Shown here: positions 24,243 to 32,000 of the stretch, in pieces
Layout: the number at the start of each line of letters is the position of its first letter
Numbering within the stretch: position 1 is the first letter of the stretch
Source: Thermoproteus tenax Kra 1
GTDB lineage: Archaea; Thermoproteota; Thermoprotei; Thermoproteales; Thermoproteaceae
Direction of reading: 5' to 3'
Assembly: GCF_000253055.1 (NCBI RefSeq)
Contig: NC_016070.1
Span: 510,001-542,000, forward strand
DNA: 32,000 nucleotides
The notes under the pieces: model-generated
The model's input: the letters and a program-made list of their open reading frames with translations, nothing else
Databases searched by the model: none
Told to the model about the DNA's origin: nothing
Made by a program: the position numbers and the translations under genes

Positions 24243-26828
24243 ATGAGAACGTTGTTGCTAGCGATGTTGCTGACGGCGGCTCTGGCGCTGGCTACGACGT
24301 TCCAGATGTACGAGTTGGGCGGTCCGAGGCATCTCGTTTGGGTGACCATAAACGGGCAGACGGAGAACATATTGGCAGTTCTGCAGGAGTTCTGGCCGAA
24401 CACAGTGCTGTTCCCTGTAGGAGGTATCTACTGGCTCAACACCACGAACCCGACCGAGGCGAGGTACACCATCTTCCCTGCGTACGCCGTCTCACCGTGG
24501 CTCCCCAACGGCAGCCTCATCAATGTGACGTTCACGAGGGCCGAGGCGCTGTTCAACGTCTCCGGCGACCTCCTCAAGAGAGTGAGGTGGGGGATGTACA
24601 CCTTCATCTACAACATCGCCACCCAGGAGGGCACCAGCCCGGCGGAGATACTCCAGGAGCAGAACCCCTTCGTCTCATATGGGCTACAGGTCGTGCTGAA
24701 GGAGGAACCGCAGAAGCCGATACTGGACTGCTTGAGCTACGTGGGGAACAACAGCCTGCCGAGCTTTTGGAGCAGTCCGGGGACGGTCTGGTCCCGCTAC
24801 CACATTCCGTTTAAGCTGTACAATGTGACCTGCCCGGGCAACACGTCATATATAGACATCATCGACGTGGAGTACCGCTGGTGGTACGACGGAGGGAGCA
24901 TGTTGTGCCTCGATTGGCTCTGGTTCAGGCAGAGGGAGTGGTACCTCTCGGGCGGAAGGTATGACATCTTCGGAATCTACCTCCCGAGGTGGGAGGCGCT
25001 GATAAACCAGACAGAACAGCTCTTCAGCGAGCTCTTCAGTGAATCCATTAAAACTACCAACCAAACGCTCAGCCAAGAGCTGTCGAACGAAGCGATACAG
25101 CTCATTTATAAATTACGTGCCATGGAGTCGGCCTCAGACTGCGTCAACTTCAGCGGACTCCCGAGGAACATCACGGCCGTCGTCGGAGGCGGGCATCTCA
25201 GGATCTACGTGGACGGCCAACTTATATGGACGTTGAACGTCTCCGGCGTCTTTATATCGCAGCCGTATTCGGCCGTCGACTGGTTCGGCCCATCTCTTAT
25301 GTCCGGCGCCTACTTCTACGTCGACGAGCCGGCGATGGCCACAGCCCCGCTGGGCTCAGCACTGCTGTTCATAGGGAACGACAGCGTCGTCGCCCCGCCC
25401 AAATACGCCACCAATCTGATATACAGCATCGTCTACTTAGTCGCCTCGACCTCCTTCAGCTGGGAGGGAGGGCTCTCGGTGGGCCCGGGCGAGACGAACG
25501 AGACGTACGTCTACGTCAGGCCGGACGTGAACGCCACGATATACGGCCGCCCCGCCCGCCTGCCCTACATGGCGATAATCTCGCTCGGCTGGCTCAGGGA
25601 GAGGTACTGCCCGTACGGCGACCTGGTCCTCTCGGGCGCGTACAGGAGGATAGGGGGCTCCATCGAGGTGCTGGGCCCCGTCTCTATATCGTGCACCGAG
25701 TACCCAGTGCGCTTCATACTGCCGAACGGCTCCTCGGTCCCGGTGGTCGCGAGGGCGAACTCCACCGTCCGCCTCCCGCCTCTGGCCGTGGACCTGGGCA
25801 ACGGGACGCGTTTGGTCACAGCCGAGGTGGAGGTCAACGCGACGGGCCCCGCGGACGTCGTAGTGCCCGTCGCCCAGCGCCTCTACCGCGTGGAGGTGGA
25901 GACGCCCGTCGGCGTAAACGCCACCTGGGCCCCGGCCGGCGCCGCGATTAAGCTGTCCACCGTAACGCTCCCCAACGGCACCCGGTACGTCCCCATCGCG
26001 CCTGTGGCCGTGAACGTGACCGGGCCGATCGCCGTTGCGCCTAGGTACGAGAGGCAGTACCTCGTCCGCCTCATAGCCCCGGCCAACTCCACGGAGGAGT
26101 GGGCGGACGAGGGGGCCCTCTTCAACGTAACGCTGGCCGACCCGTGGATAGTCGGAAACGGCACCATGTTCTCCGGCCTCCTCGTGAACGGGACCGGGGA
26201 GAGGAGCTGGCGCGTCGTAAAGCCGATAACGCTCGTGGCGGGCTACGCCGAGGTCTACTACTGGGTCTCCGTCGAAACGCCCGTCAACAGAACCGCGGGC
26301 TGGATGCCCAAGGGCGCGGTCCTCGCCTTCCCGGACGTCCTCGACCTCGGCAACGGGACGCGCCTCGTGGGCCCGTCAGTCCAGCGCGTGGTGGTGGAGG
26401 GGCCCGCCAACGTCTCGGTCGCGTACGCAGAGAGGCAGTACTACGTCCAGATAGAGGGCGTCGAGGAGTGGAGCGGGTGGGCCGACGCTGGCTCCGCGCT
26501 GAGGCTGAACTCCACCGTGGTGGACGGAGTGGTCTATAGGCCGCTGGAGGATGTGGTGGTCTCCCGCCCCGGCGTCTACAGGCCGGAGTTCCTCGCCTCC
26601 TACGCGCACGAGTTCAGAGACCTGCTGGGCGTCCCCGACCCGGCCGCGTCGGTGGAGCTCTGCGGCGTGAGGGCCGGCGCCGACCTGGCGGGGAGGGCGT
26701 ACGTGGAGGCCGAGACGGACCGCCTATGCGCGCCGGCTCTCTCGGCCTGGCCCGTCAGCCCGTACACGCTGGCCGCCGTCGCCGCGGCGGCCGCTGCCGC
26801 CTACGCTGCGATCAGGCGGAGGAGGTAG
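24243..26828 (+). CDS. Large surface glycoprotein-like protein with signal peptide and C-terminal membrane anchor
   Basis: 861 aa; N-terminal signal MRTLLLAMLLTAALALAT, many N-x-T/S sequons, C-terminal PYTLAAVAAAAAAAYAAIRRRR anchor. Confidence 0.85.
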   Translation: MRTLLLAMLLTAALALATTFQMYELGGPRHLVWVTINGQTENILAVLQEFWPNTVLFPVGGIYWLNTTNPTEARYTIFPAYAVSPWLPNGSLINVTFTRAEALFNVSGDLLKRVRWGMYTFIYNIATQEGTSPAEILQEQNPFVSYGLQVVLKEEPQKPILDCLSYVGNNSLPSFWSSPGTVWSRYHIPFKLYNVTCPGNTSYIDIIDVEYRWWYDGGSMLCLDWLWFRQREWYLSGGRYDIFGIYLPRWEALINQTEQLFSELFSESIKTTNQTLSQELSNEAIQLIYKLRAMESASDCVNFSGLPRNITAVVGGGHLRIYVDGQLIWTLNVSGVFISQPYSAVDWFGPSLMSGAYFYVDEPAMATAPLGSALLFIGNDSVVAPPKYATNLIYSIVYLVASTSFSWEGGLSVGPGETNETYVYVRPDVNATIYGRPARLPYMAIISLGWLRERYCPYGDLVLSGAYRRIGGSIEVLGPVSISCTEYPVRFILPNGSSVPVVARANSTVRLPPLAVDLGNGTRLVTAEVEVNATGPADVVVPVAQRLYRVEVETPVGVNATWAPAGAAIKLSTVTLPNGTRYVPIAPVAVNVTGPIAVAPRYERQYLVRLIAPANSTEEWADEGALFNVTLADPWIVGNGTMFSGLLVNGTGERSWRVVKPITLVAGYAEVYYWVSVETPVNRTAGWMPKGAVLAFPDVLDLGNGTRLVGPSVQRVVVEGPANVSVAYAERQYYVQIEGVEEWSGWADAGSALRLNSTVVDGVVYRPLEDVVVSRPGVYRPEFLASYAHEFRDLLGVPDPAASVELCGVRAGADLAGRAYVEAETDRLCAPALSAWPVSPYTLAAVAAAAAAAYAAIRRRR
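25780..26575 (+). repeat. Roughly four diverged tandem domains in the stalk of the surface protein (approximate limits)
   Basis: Recurring pattern ETPVx(N)xTxxWxPxGAxxxxxxxxLxNGTRxVxPxxxxVxVxGPAxVxVxYxxRxY (e.g. VEVETPVGVNATWAPAGAAI, VSVETPVNRTAGWMPKGAVL). Confidence 0.65.
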
Positions 26829-26864
26829 GAGGAGAGTCCTGCGTAGCAGCGCGTCAGAGCCGCC

Positions 26865-26882
26865 GAAAAACACGCGTTTTTC
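26865..26882 (+). terminator. Hairpin/T-tract terminator after the 861-aa surface protein gene
   Basis: GAAAAAC-ACGC-GTTTTTC inverted repeat, 7-bp stem, ending in a T run. Confidence 0.5.
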
Positions 26883-27092
26883 CTTCCGCCGAGATCCAGG
26901 GCCTCCCCATTTTTGGGTGGAGCTTGTGGTCGATGGGGAGCGGAAATTCCGCCTAGAGCCCGGCGGACTACGGGCGGCCCTGCGTCCGACATCCCGATAG
27001 GGCGGGGCAGCTCCCACTTTAATTTTGAAAACGTTCGCCAACGGCCACGGGCTCGGATAGTGAGGCCCGCAGGTTGCTCGGCGCTGGCTGGG

Positions 27093-27124
27093 CAGAAGGC
27101 CTCGCCCTTTAGGGCGGGGTCATT
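27093..27124 (+). repeat. Palindromic element, partial copy E
   Basis: cagaaggcctcgccctttagggcggggtcatt: keeps the core and terminal TCAT but lacks the intervening GAGGGG. Confidence 0.65.
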
Positions 27125-27311
27125 CGGTGAAATCTGGGCCTGCTCTCGCCCTCGATCTCATCGGCTTGGACAACGTCGTTCTGACCGGCCGACTCTATTC
27201 TCTTGGGATGTTTATGACCGCCACCTTGCTCCCAAGGGCGAGCTCCTCGGTACCACCTTGATTCGAGGAGAGACAAAACCTAGGAAATGTTGTCTCCCCT
27301 TGCGCGAAAGA

Positions 27312-27323
27312 ATTATATTTATA
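27312..27323 (+). promoter_or_regulatory. TATA-like box for glmS
   Basis: attatatttata, about 20-31 nt upstream of the ATG at 27343. Confidence 0.6.
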
Positions 27324-27342
27324 CCGACGCCACCTCCATAAC

Positions 27343-29148
27343 ATGTGTGGAATATTCGGTATAACGCTGGATTCTGAGACCAATCTGGGCGCTCTCCTCC
27401 GGCGTGCTCTGGAGAGGTTGGAGTACAGAGGGTACGACTCGGCGGGGATTGCCGTGGTGGCTCCAAGCGGCGTATTGGTCAAGAAGGATGCGGGGAAAGT
27501 CGCCGAAGTGGCCCAGAGGCTGGGCTTCGATCACGTAAAGGGGGCAACAGGTATTGCGCACACGAGGTGGGCCACTCACGGGAGGCCCACGCAGACTAAC
27601 GCGCATCCACACGTCGATTGCACAGAGACTATAGCGGTCGTGCACAACGGCATCATAGAGAACTACGAGGAGTTGAAGTCAGAGCTTATCGCAAAGGGAC
27701 ACAAGTTCAGGAGCGAGACCGACACGGAGATCTTTGCGCACTTAATGGAAGAGTACGAGAGGATGGGCTTGAGCCCTTGGGAGGCCTTCAAGAGGGCTCT
27801 CTCCAGGATAAGAGGCGCGTACGCCCTCGCCGTAGTAGACTCCAAGGAGCCCGACAAGGTCTTCTTCGCGAGGAACCTATCGCCGCTCATCGTCGGTGTA
27901 GGCGACCGTTTCAATCTGGTCGCCAGCGACGTCCCCACTGTATTGGACCACACGAATAGAGTGATACCCCTCAGAGATGGGGAATACGGCTTCATAACAT
28001 CCAGAGTCATACACGTAGAGTACGACGGAGTTCCGGTGAGAGTAGAGGAGAGAGTGCAGACTATCCCGTGGTCTGCCGATCAAGCCATGCGCGGTGGCTA
28101 TCCCCACTTCATGTTGAAGGAGATCCACGAGCAGCCCGAGGCCATAGCCTCAACTATCGCAGGTCTGGAGCCCAGGCGGTTGGCCGAAATTGCAGAGATG
28201 TTGTTGAGCGCCCACAAGATATACGTCGTAGGCGCCGGCACGTCGTACTACGCCGGCCTTGTCTTTCAACTGGGCCTCGTCTCATATAAACTCGCCGCAG
28301 TGCCCATAATAGCCTCAGAATATGGAACCTACGAGGGCTTGTTCGACAAGGGCGATACGGCTATCGCGATATCTCAGTCTGGGGAGACCATAGACACAAT
28401 AAGGGCGGTCAGAGCCCTCAGAGAGAGAGGCGTGAGGGTAGTAGCGGTGACTAACGTTGTATCCAGCACTCTGGCCCGCGAGAGCGACCTAGTGTTGTAC
28501 ACTAGGGCCGGGCCCGAGATAGGCGTCGCTGCGACGAAGACCTTCACAACGCAGGTCACGTTGTTGTCGGCTCTACATATGGCAATAGGCAGGGCGTTGG
28601 GCGTCGATGTTTCCCCTCAAGAGGCGGCCTTGAAGAGATTGCCTGAGGTCGCCAGAAAGACTTTAGAGTTGAACGAGGGAACAGCCAAGGAGGTCGCAGA
28701 AAAGATGGCGGCCAACCAGAGCGCCTACTACCTCAGCAGGGGCGTAGGGATGCCCGTGGCCCTAGAGGGCGCCCTCAAGATGAAGGAGATAGCGTATATC
28801 CACGCCGAGGCGTATCCTGCCGGCGAGTCCAAACACGGCCCAATAGCGTTGGTCGAGAACAAGTTCCCTGTCGTCTTTGTGTTCTCGGACCCGTCACTGA
28901 AGGAGAAGCTCTTGAACAACGTGGCCGAGATGGCCGCCAGAGACGCCACGATAATAGGAGTGATACCGAGGGGCGACGACGTTGCCAAGAAGCTCAAATA
29001 TGCCTTTGAGGCGCCCCACCTAGATCCCATGTTGAACGCAGCCACCTTCGTCATACCTCTGCAGTTGTTGGCCTACTACACGGCCATTAAGCTGGGCAGG
29101 GACCCAGATAAACCGCGCAACTTGGCCAAGACCGTAACAGTGGAGTAG
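27343..29148 (+). CDS. glmS: Glutamine--fructose-6-phosphate aminotransferase (isomerizing)
   Basis: MCGIFGIT N-terminal Cys-2, LERLEYRGYDSAGIAV, HTRWATHGRPTQTNAHPH, two SIS domains (GAGTSYYAGLV; ISQSGETIDTI). Confidence 0.96.
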   Translation: MCGIFGITLDSETNLGALLRRALERLEYRGYDSAGIAVVAPSGVLVKKDAGKVAEVAQRLGFDHVKGATGIAHTRWATHGRPTQTNAHPHVDCTETIAVVHNGIIENYEELKSELIAKGHKFRSETDTEIFAHLMEEYERMGLSPWEAFKRALSRIRGAYALAVVDSKEPDKVFFARNLSPLIVGVGDRFNLVASDVPTVLDHTNRVIPLRDGEYGFITSRVIHVEYDGVPVRVEERVQTIPWSADQAMRGGYPHFMLKEIHEQPEAIASTIAGLEPRRLAEIAEMLLSAHKIYVVGAGTSYYAGLVFQLGLVSYKLAAVPIIASEYGTYEGLFDKGDTAIAISQSGETIDTIRAVRALRERGVRVVAVTNVVSSTLARESDLVLYTRAGPEIGVAATKTFTTQVTLLSALHMAIGRALGVDVSPQEAALKRLPEVARKTLELNEGTAKEVAEKMAANQSAYYLSRGVGMPVALEGALKMKEIAYIHAEAYPAGESKHGPIALVENKFPVVFVFSDPSLKEKLLNNVAEMAARDATIIGVIPRGDDVAKKLKYAFEAPHLDPMLNAATFVIPLQLLAYYTAIKLGRDPDKPRNLAKTVTVE

Positions 29149-29150
29149 CC

Positions 29151-30233
29151 ATGGACATAGTCCCCATAGTCGTCGCCAACGAGCGCCATAGCTCCTTCGA
29201 GCCGCTGACGGGAGGCCTCAAATCCTCGATAAGACTGGGGGGTAAACCGCTTTATCGTTATGTCGCAGATATCCTGTATAAAATTTTCGGTCGCGTCTTT
29301 ATAGCATCAAGCGAGTATATGGAGGGGCCCTATAACTTCTTGGAGGTCAAGGGAACTTCCGCCGAGGAGGCCATCGTAGCAGCTGAGGAGCTCATGGCGA
29401 GCGCCGATAGGCTGTTGATAGCAGACGGATCGATCATAGTCGAGGAGGGCGCTGTCAAGGCGTTGATAGAGACTATGATGTCCGCAGGGGTTGAGAGCGG
29501 GGCGCTGGGCGTCCCCACCAGAGGCGTCCGGGGCCTCCCCCTGGAGGTAGGAGCCGGCAACCTCCTCAGAGGCGTCGGGGGCGAGAGCCAGTTGCTCTAT
29601 GGAGGGATCGCCATACTTCCTCGGAGGGCTGTCAAATTGGCGCAAGATGGACTTAAGTTCTCCTCGATATTACGCGAACTTTCGTCGAACGGCGTCGCCG
29701 TGGCCGTCTGGAGTGGCAGATGGCTCAAGGTCGAGGAGCCCGTGGATCTGATAGATGCCCTAGAGCTTGTGGCGCCGAGCTCCACCTTCATCTCCTCAAA
29801 GGCCAAGATAAGCCCCACGGCAGTAATAGAGGGGCCCGTCTTTGTGGACGAAGGCGCTGAGATAGACCACTATGCGGTCATCAAGGGGCCCGCCTACATT
29901 GGAAGAAACGCCTTCGTGGGCGCCCACGCTCTGGTCAGAAATTTTGCAGATCTTGAGGAGGGGGCCGTGGTGGGCAGTAGCGCGGAGATCACACACAGCT
30001 TAGTGGGTCCCGAGGCCACTGTGGGCAGAGGCTCCTTCGTCTCCTACAGCGTAGTCGGCGCAGGCGCCGTATTGGAGCCCAATGTGGCGACCAGATCTGT
30101 GTTGAGGGAGGGAAGGACGCGTTTACGCCCAATAGAGGTAAGAGGGCGCGAGTTCTACAAGCTTGGGGCTCTGATAGGGCGGGGCGAGAGGATAAGCGCT
30201 GGGGCAGTCTTGGAGCCGGGCAGGGGCTTCTGA
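29151..30233 (+). CDS. Nucleotidyltransferase-like/left-handed beta-helix protein (GlmU-like) with degenerate N-terminal motif
   Basis: VPIVVANERHSSFEPLTGGLKSSIRLGGKPLYRYV replaces the usual LAAGxGTRLxPLT...KPL; C-terminal hexapeptide repeats (AVIEGPVFVDEGAEIDHYAVIKGPAYIGRNAFVGAHALV). Confidence 0.78.
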   Translation: MDIVPIVVANERHSSFEPLTGGLKSSIRLGGKPLYRYVADILYKIFGRVFIASSEYMEGPYNFLEVKGTSAEEAIVAAEELMASADRLLIADGSIIVEEGAVKALIETMMSAGVESGALGVPTRGVRGLPLEVGAGNLLRGVGGESQLLYGGIAILPRRAVKLAQDGLKFSSILRELSSNGVAVAVWSGRWLKVEEPVDLIDALELVAPSSTFISSKAKISPTAVIEGPVFVDEGAEIDHYAVIKGPAYIGRNAFVGAHALVRNFADLEEGAVVGSSAEITHSLVGPEATVGRGSFVSYSVVGAGAVLEPNVATRSVLREGRTRLRPIEVRGREFYKLGALIGRGERISAGAVLEPGRGF

Positions 30234-31183
30234 TGAGGCGCTCCATAGCAGACACAAAGGTTGAAGTAACTAGGCTGATCGCGCCGCACCATGTGAACCC
30301 ATTGGGGACTCTCTACGGAGGATATATGCTACATTGGCTCGTCGATGCGGGGTCTATTGTGGCGACAGACCTGGCTGAGGCCAATGTGGCTCTAGGCTAC
30401 CTCGACAGAATGCACTTCGTAGAGCCCATACGCGTCGGCGATATTGTGAAGTTCAGGTCTTGGGTCGTCTACGTAAGAAGAAGCAGTATAACTGTTCTAG
30501 TAGAGTCCTACGTCAAGAGGGGAGATAAAATGCCCTTGGCGACTATTGCGCGTATGATCTTCGTGAAGCTTGGTGAGGACGGAAGGCCTGAGCCCGTCGG
30601 AGCTGAGGTCTATGCGCAAAGCGAGTGGGAGCGCCTCCTCTTGAGCCACTTCTCGGAATGGAGGAACTCAATGGAGCACTTGTTGAGGGAGGAGAGGCCG
30701 GCGGGCGATCTGCCAACTCTCGGCCACCTATTGGTGATGCCTGAAGATACAATCTACGGCAATATCATGTACGGCGGAAAGCTGCTCTATTACTTAGATC
30801 AGCTGGCGGCCATAGCCGCCATGAACTTTAAGCCGAATATATACGTCACAGCGAGCGTCAACTCCATCAACTTCAGAAGGCCGATCCTGGTAGGTGATGT
30901 AATCGAGGTGCAAGCCGATGTGGACTACGTGGGCCGGACGAGCCTTGAGGTCGCCTTTAAGGTCTACGCCAAGGGAACTAGAGGAAGACGCTATGTGGCC
31001 GGAGGATATATGACCTTTGTAAATATGACGGGCGGCAGGCCGACCCCCCTGGGCGAGGAGCTAATAAAAGATCCCGACGCCCTGAGGAGGAAGGAGATCG
31101 GTGTTGCGGAGGCGAAGGCCCTTAGGGCAGTGTACTACTCTGAAGAGGAGCCTGCGTATGCCGCTATGCTTCGAAGGTCTTGA
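30233..31183 (+). CDS. Acyl-CoA thioesterase with two tandem hotdog domains
   Basis: Two hotdog motifs: HHVNPLGTLYGGYMLHWLVDAGSIVAT and EDTIYGNIMYGGKLLYYLDQLAAIAAM. Confidence 0.88.
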   Translation: MRRSIADTKVEVTRLIAPHHVNPLGTLYGGYMLHWLVDAGSIVATDLAEANVALGYLDRMHFVEPIRVGDIVKFRSWVVYVRRSSITVLVESYVKRGDKMPLATIARMIFVKLGEDGRPEPVGAEVYAQSEWERLLLSHFSEWRNSMEHLLREERPAGDLPTLGHLLVMPEDTIYGNIMYGGKLLYYLDQLAAIAAMNFKPNIYVTASVNSINFRRPILVGDVIEVQADVDYVGRTSLEVAFKVYAKGTRGRRYVAGGYMTFVNMTGGRPTPLGEELIKDPDALRRKEIGVAEAKALRAVYYSEEEPAYAAMLRRS

Positions 31184-31835
31184 TAATGTCCACTCCGTGG
31201 CTCGAGCCTATACGCGTGGCGCCCGCCTCTATCAACGAGAGGGCTTGTCTGGCGTTTCTAATGCCTCCAGCCGCCTTGATGCCCACGCTGTCGCCAACAG
31301 CCCTCTTGATCAGTTTGACGTCCTCGACGGAGACGCCTCTGGGGCCGTACCCTGTGTTCGTCTTTACAAAGTGCGCGCCGCTCTTGACGACGATCTTGGA
31401 CGCGTGGACGATCTCCTCTTGAGTGAGATACCCGGTCTCTATTATCACCTTGAGGATCACCCCGTAGTCGCGCGCCAGAGCGGCCAGAGCTCTTATATCT
31501 CTTTCAACTAACTCGTAGAGGCCCGCCTTGAATGCACCTATGTTCATCACCATGTCGAGCTCGTCAGCTCCGTCCTCTATAGCGGCCTCCGCCTCAGCCA
31601 ATTTGACTGAGGTCCTTGTTGCGCCGAAGGGGAAACCGACTACCGACATGACTTTGGCCCTACTACCTATGATGGACTTGGCCAAGGATACATACGCCGG
31701 GTTGACCATCACGCCCCAGAAGCCGTAGGTGAGGACCTCTCTGCAATATCTCTCTACGTCGGACGGCGTGGCGGCGGGGTTAAGTATTGTGTGATCTATC
31801 AACTTGGCCAGATCTTCGGCACTCTTTATCTCCAT
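31164..31835 (-). CDS. deoC: Deoxyribose-phosphate aldolase
   Basis: LIDHTILNPAATPSDVERYC, VVGFPFG, DELDMVMNIGAFK, LKVIIETGYLT, VKTNTGYG, VGIKAAGGIRN. Confidence 0.95.
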   Translation of the reverse strand: MEIKSAEDLAKLIDHTILNPAATPSDVERYCREVLTYGFWGVMVNPAYVSLAKSIIGSRAKVMSVVGFPFGATRTSVKLAEAEAAIEDGADELDMVMNIGAFKAGLYELVERDIRALAALARDYGVILKVIIETGYLTQEEIVHASKIVVKSGAHFVKTNTGYGPRGVSVEDVKLIKRAVGDSVGIKAAGGIRNARQALSLIEAGATRIGSSHGVDIIKTFEA

Positions 31836-31878
31836 AGTTGAGTAGTGAATCTTTAATATTTAATGCGTCGGCAGCTCG

Positions 31879-32000
31879 GTGCTAATCGACTCCGTACTGT
31901 CGAATCTAGTGGTCCTCGCTCTGGTCTACAACAACGCCCTAGTCGTGTTGGGGCCCACTGTGTGGAGCGGCCTCAATCCCAGAAGGGCCTTGGTGGTCGC
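31879..32000 (+). CDS. Possible start of a hypothetical gene truncated by the window edge
   Basis: Open frame VLIDSVLSNLVVLALVYNNALVVLGPTVWSGLNPRRALVV from a GTG; too short to assign. Confidence 0.35.
   Translation, partial: MLIDSVLSNLVVLALVYNNALVVLGPTVWSGLNPRRALVV

Noticed and set aside
25226-25951. 241-aa ORF inside the 861-aa surface protein gene
   Set aside because: Overlapping alternative frame in GC-rich coding sequence with basic, repetitive composition; the longer frame has signal peptide, sequons and anchor.
27229-27256. Possible further palindromic element copy (ccttgctcccaagggcgagctcctcgg)
   Set aside because: Only a short GGGCGAG match; no TRYGAC or TTGTAA ends and poor symmetry.
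26913-27341. 142-aa ORF MGGACGRWGAEIPPRARRTTGG... upstream of glmS
   Set aside because: Low-complexity, Arg/Gly/Pro-rich chance frame crossing a terminator region, a repeat copy and the glmS promoter.

Overview
GC-rich, gene-dense archaeal chromosome segment. It looks crenarchaeal and Thermoproteales-like, judging from ribosomal/replication/transcription gene content, TATA-like promoter boxes close to start codons, and leaderless-looking genes. Core content: DUF35 proteins with an acyl-CoA dehydrogenase; a molybdopterin oxidoreductase; ribosomal proteins L44e, S27e, S19e, L39e and L31e; a GINS / primase small subunit / PCNA / TFS cluster; RNA polymerase Rpo7 with Spt4; a HIT / AAA-ATPase / PIN operon; GlmS with a degenerate nucleotidyltransferase; a double-hotdog thioesterase; and DeoC. 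The less ordinary parts are: (1) 10.6-15.2 kb, a cassette of a compact XPD-like helicase, a membrane-anchored HerA/VirB4-like ATPase, a coiled-coil protein, a winged-helix protein and an M48 membrane protease, whose ORFs switch abruptly between GC-rich and very AT-rich blocks; (2) a dispersed 44-nt palindromic element with three well conserved copies plus several degenerate or partial ones, one read in-frame into a protein C-terminus and one directly upstream of a large surface protein gene; (3) a 15-C homopolymer inside that surface protein gene, a possible phase-variation switch; (4) several structured intergenic segments that may be RNAs; (5) two small genes absent from the ORF track, rpl39e and a 50-aa zinc-finger protein. 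No CRISPR array, rRNA, convincing tRNA or intact transposase was found by eye.
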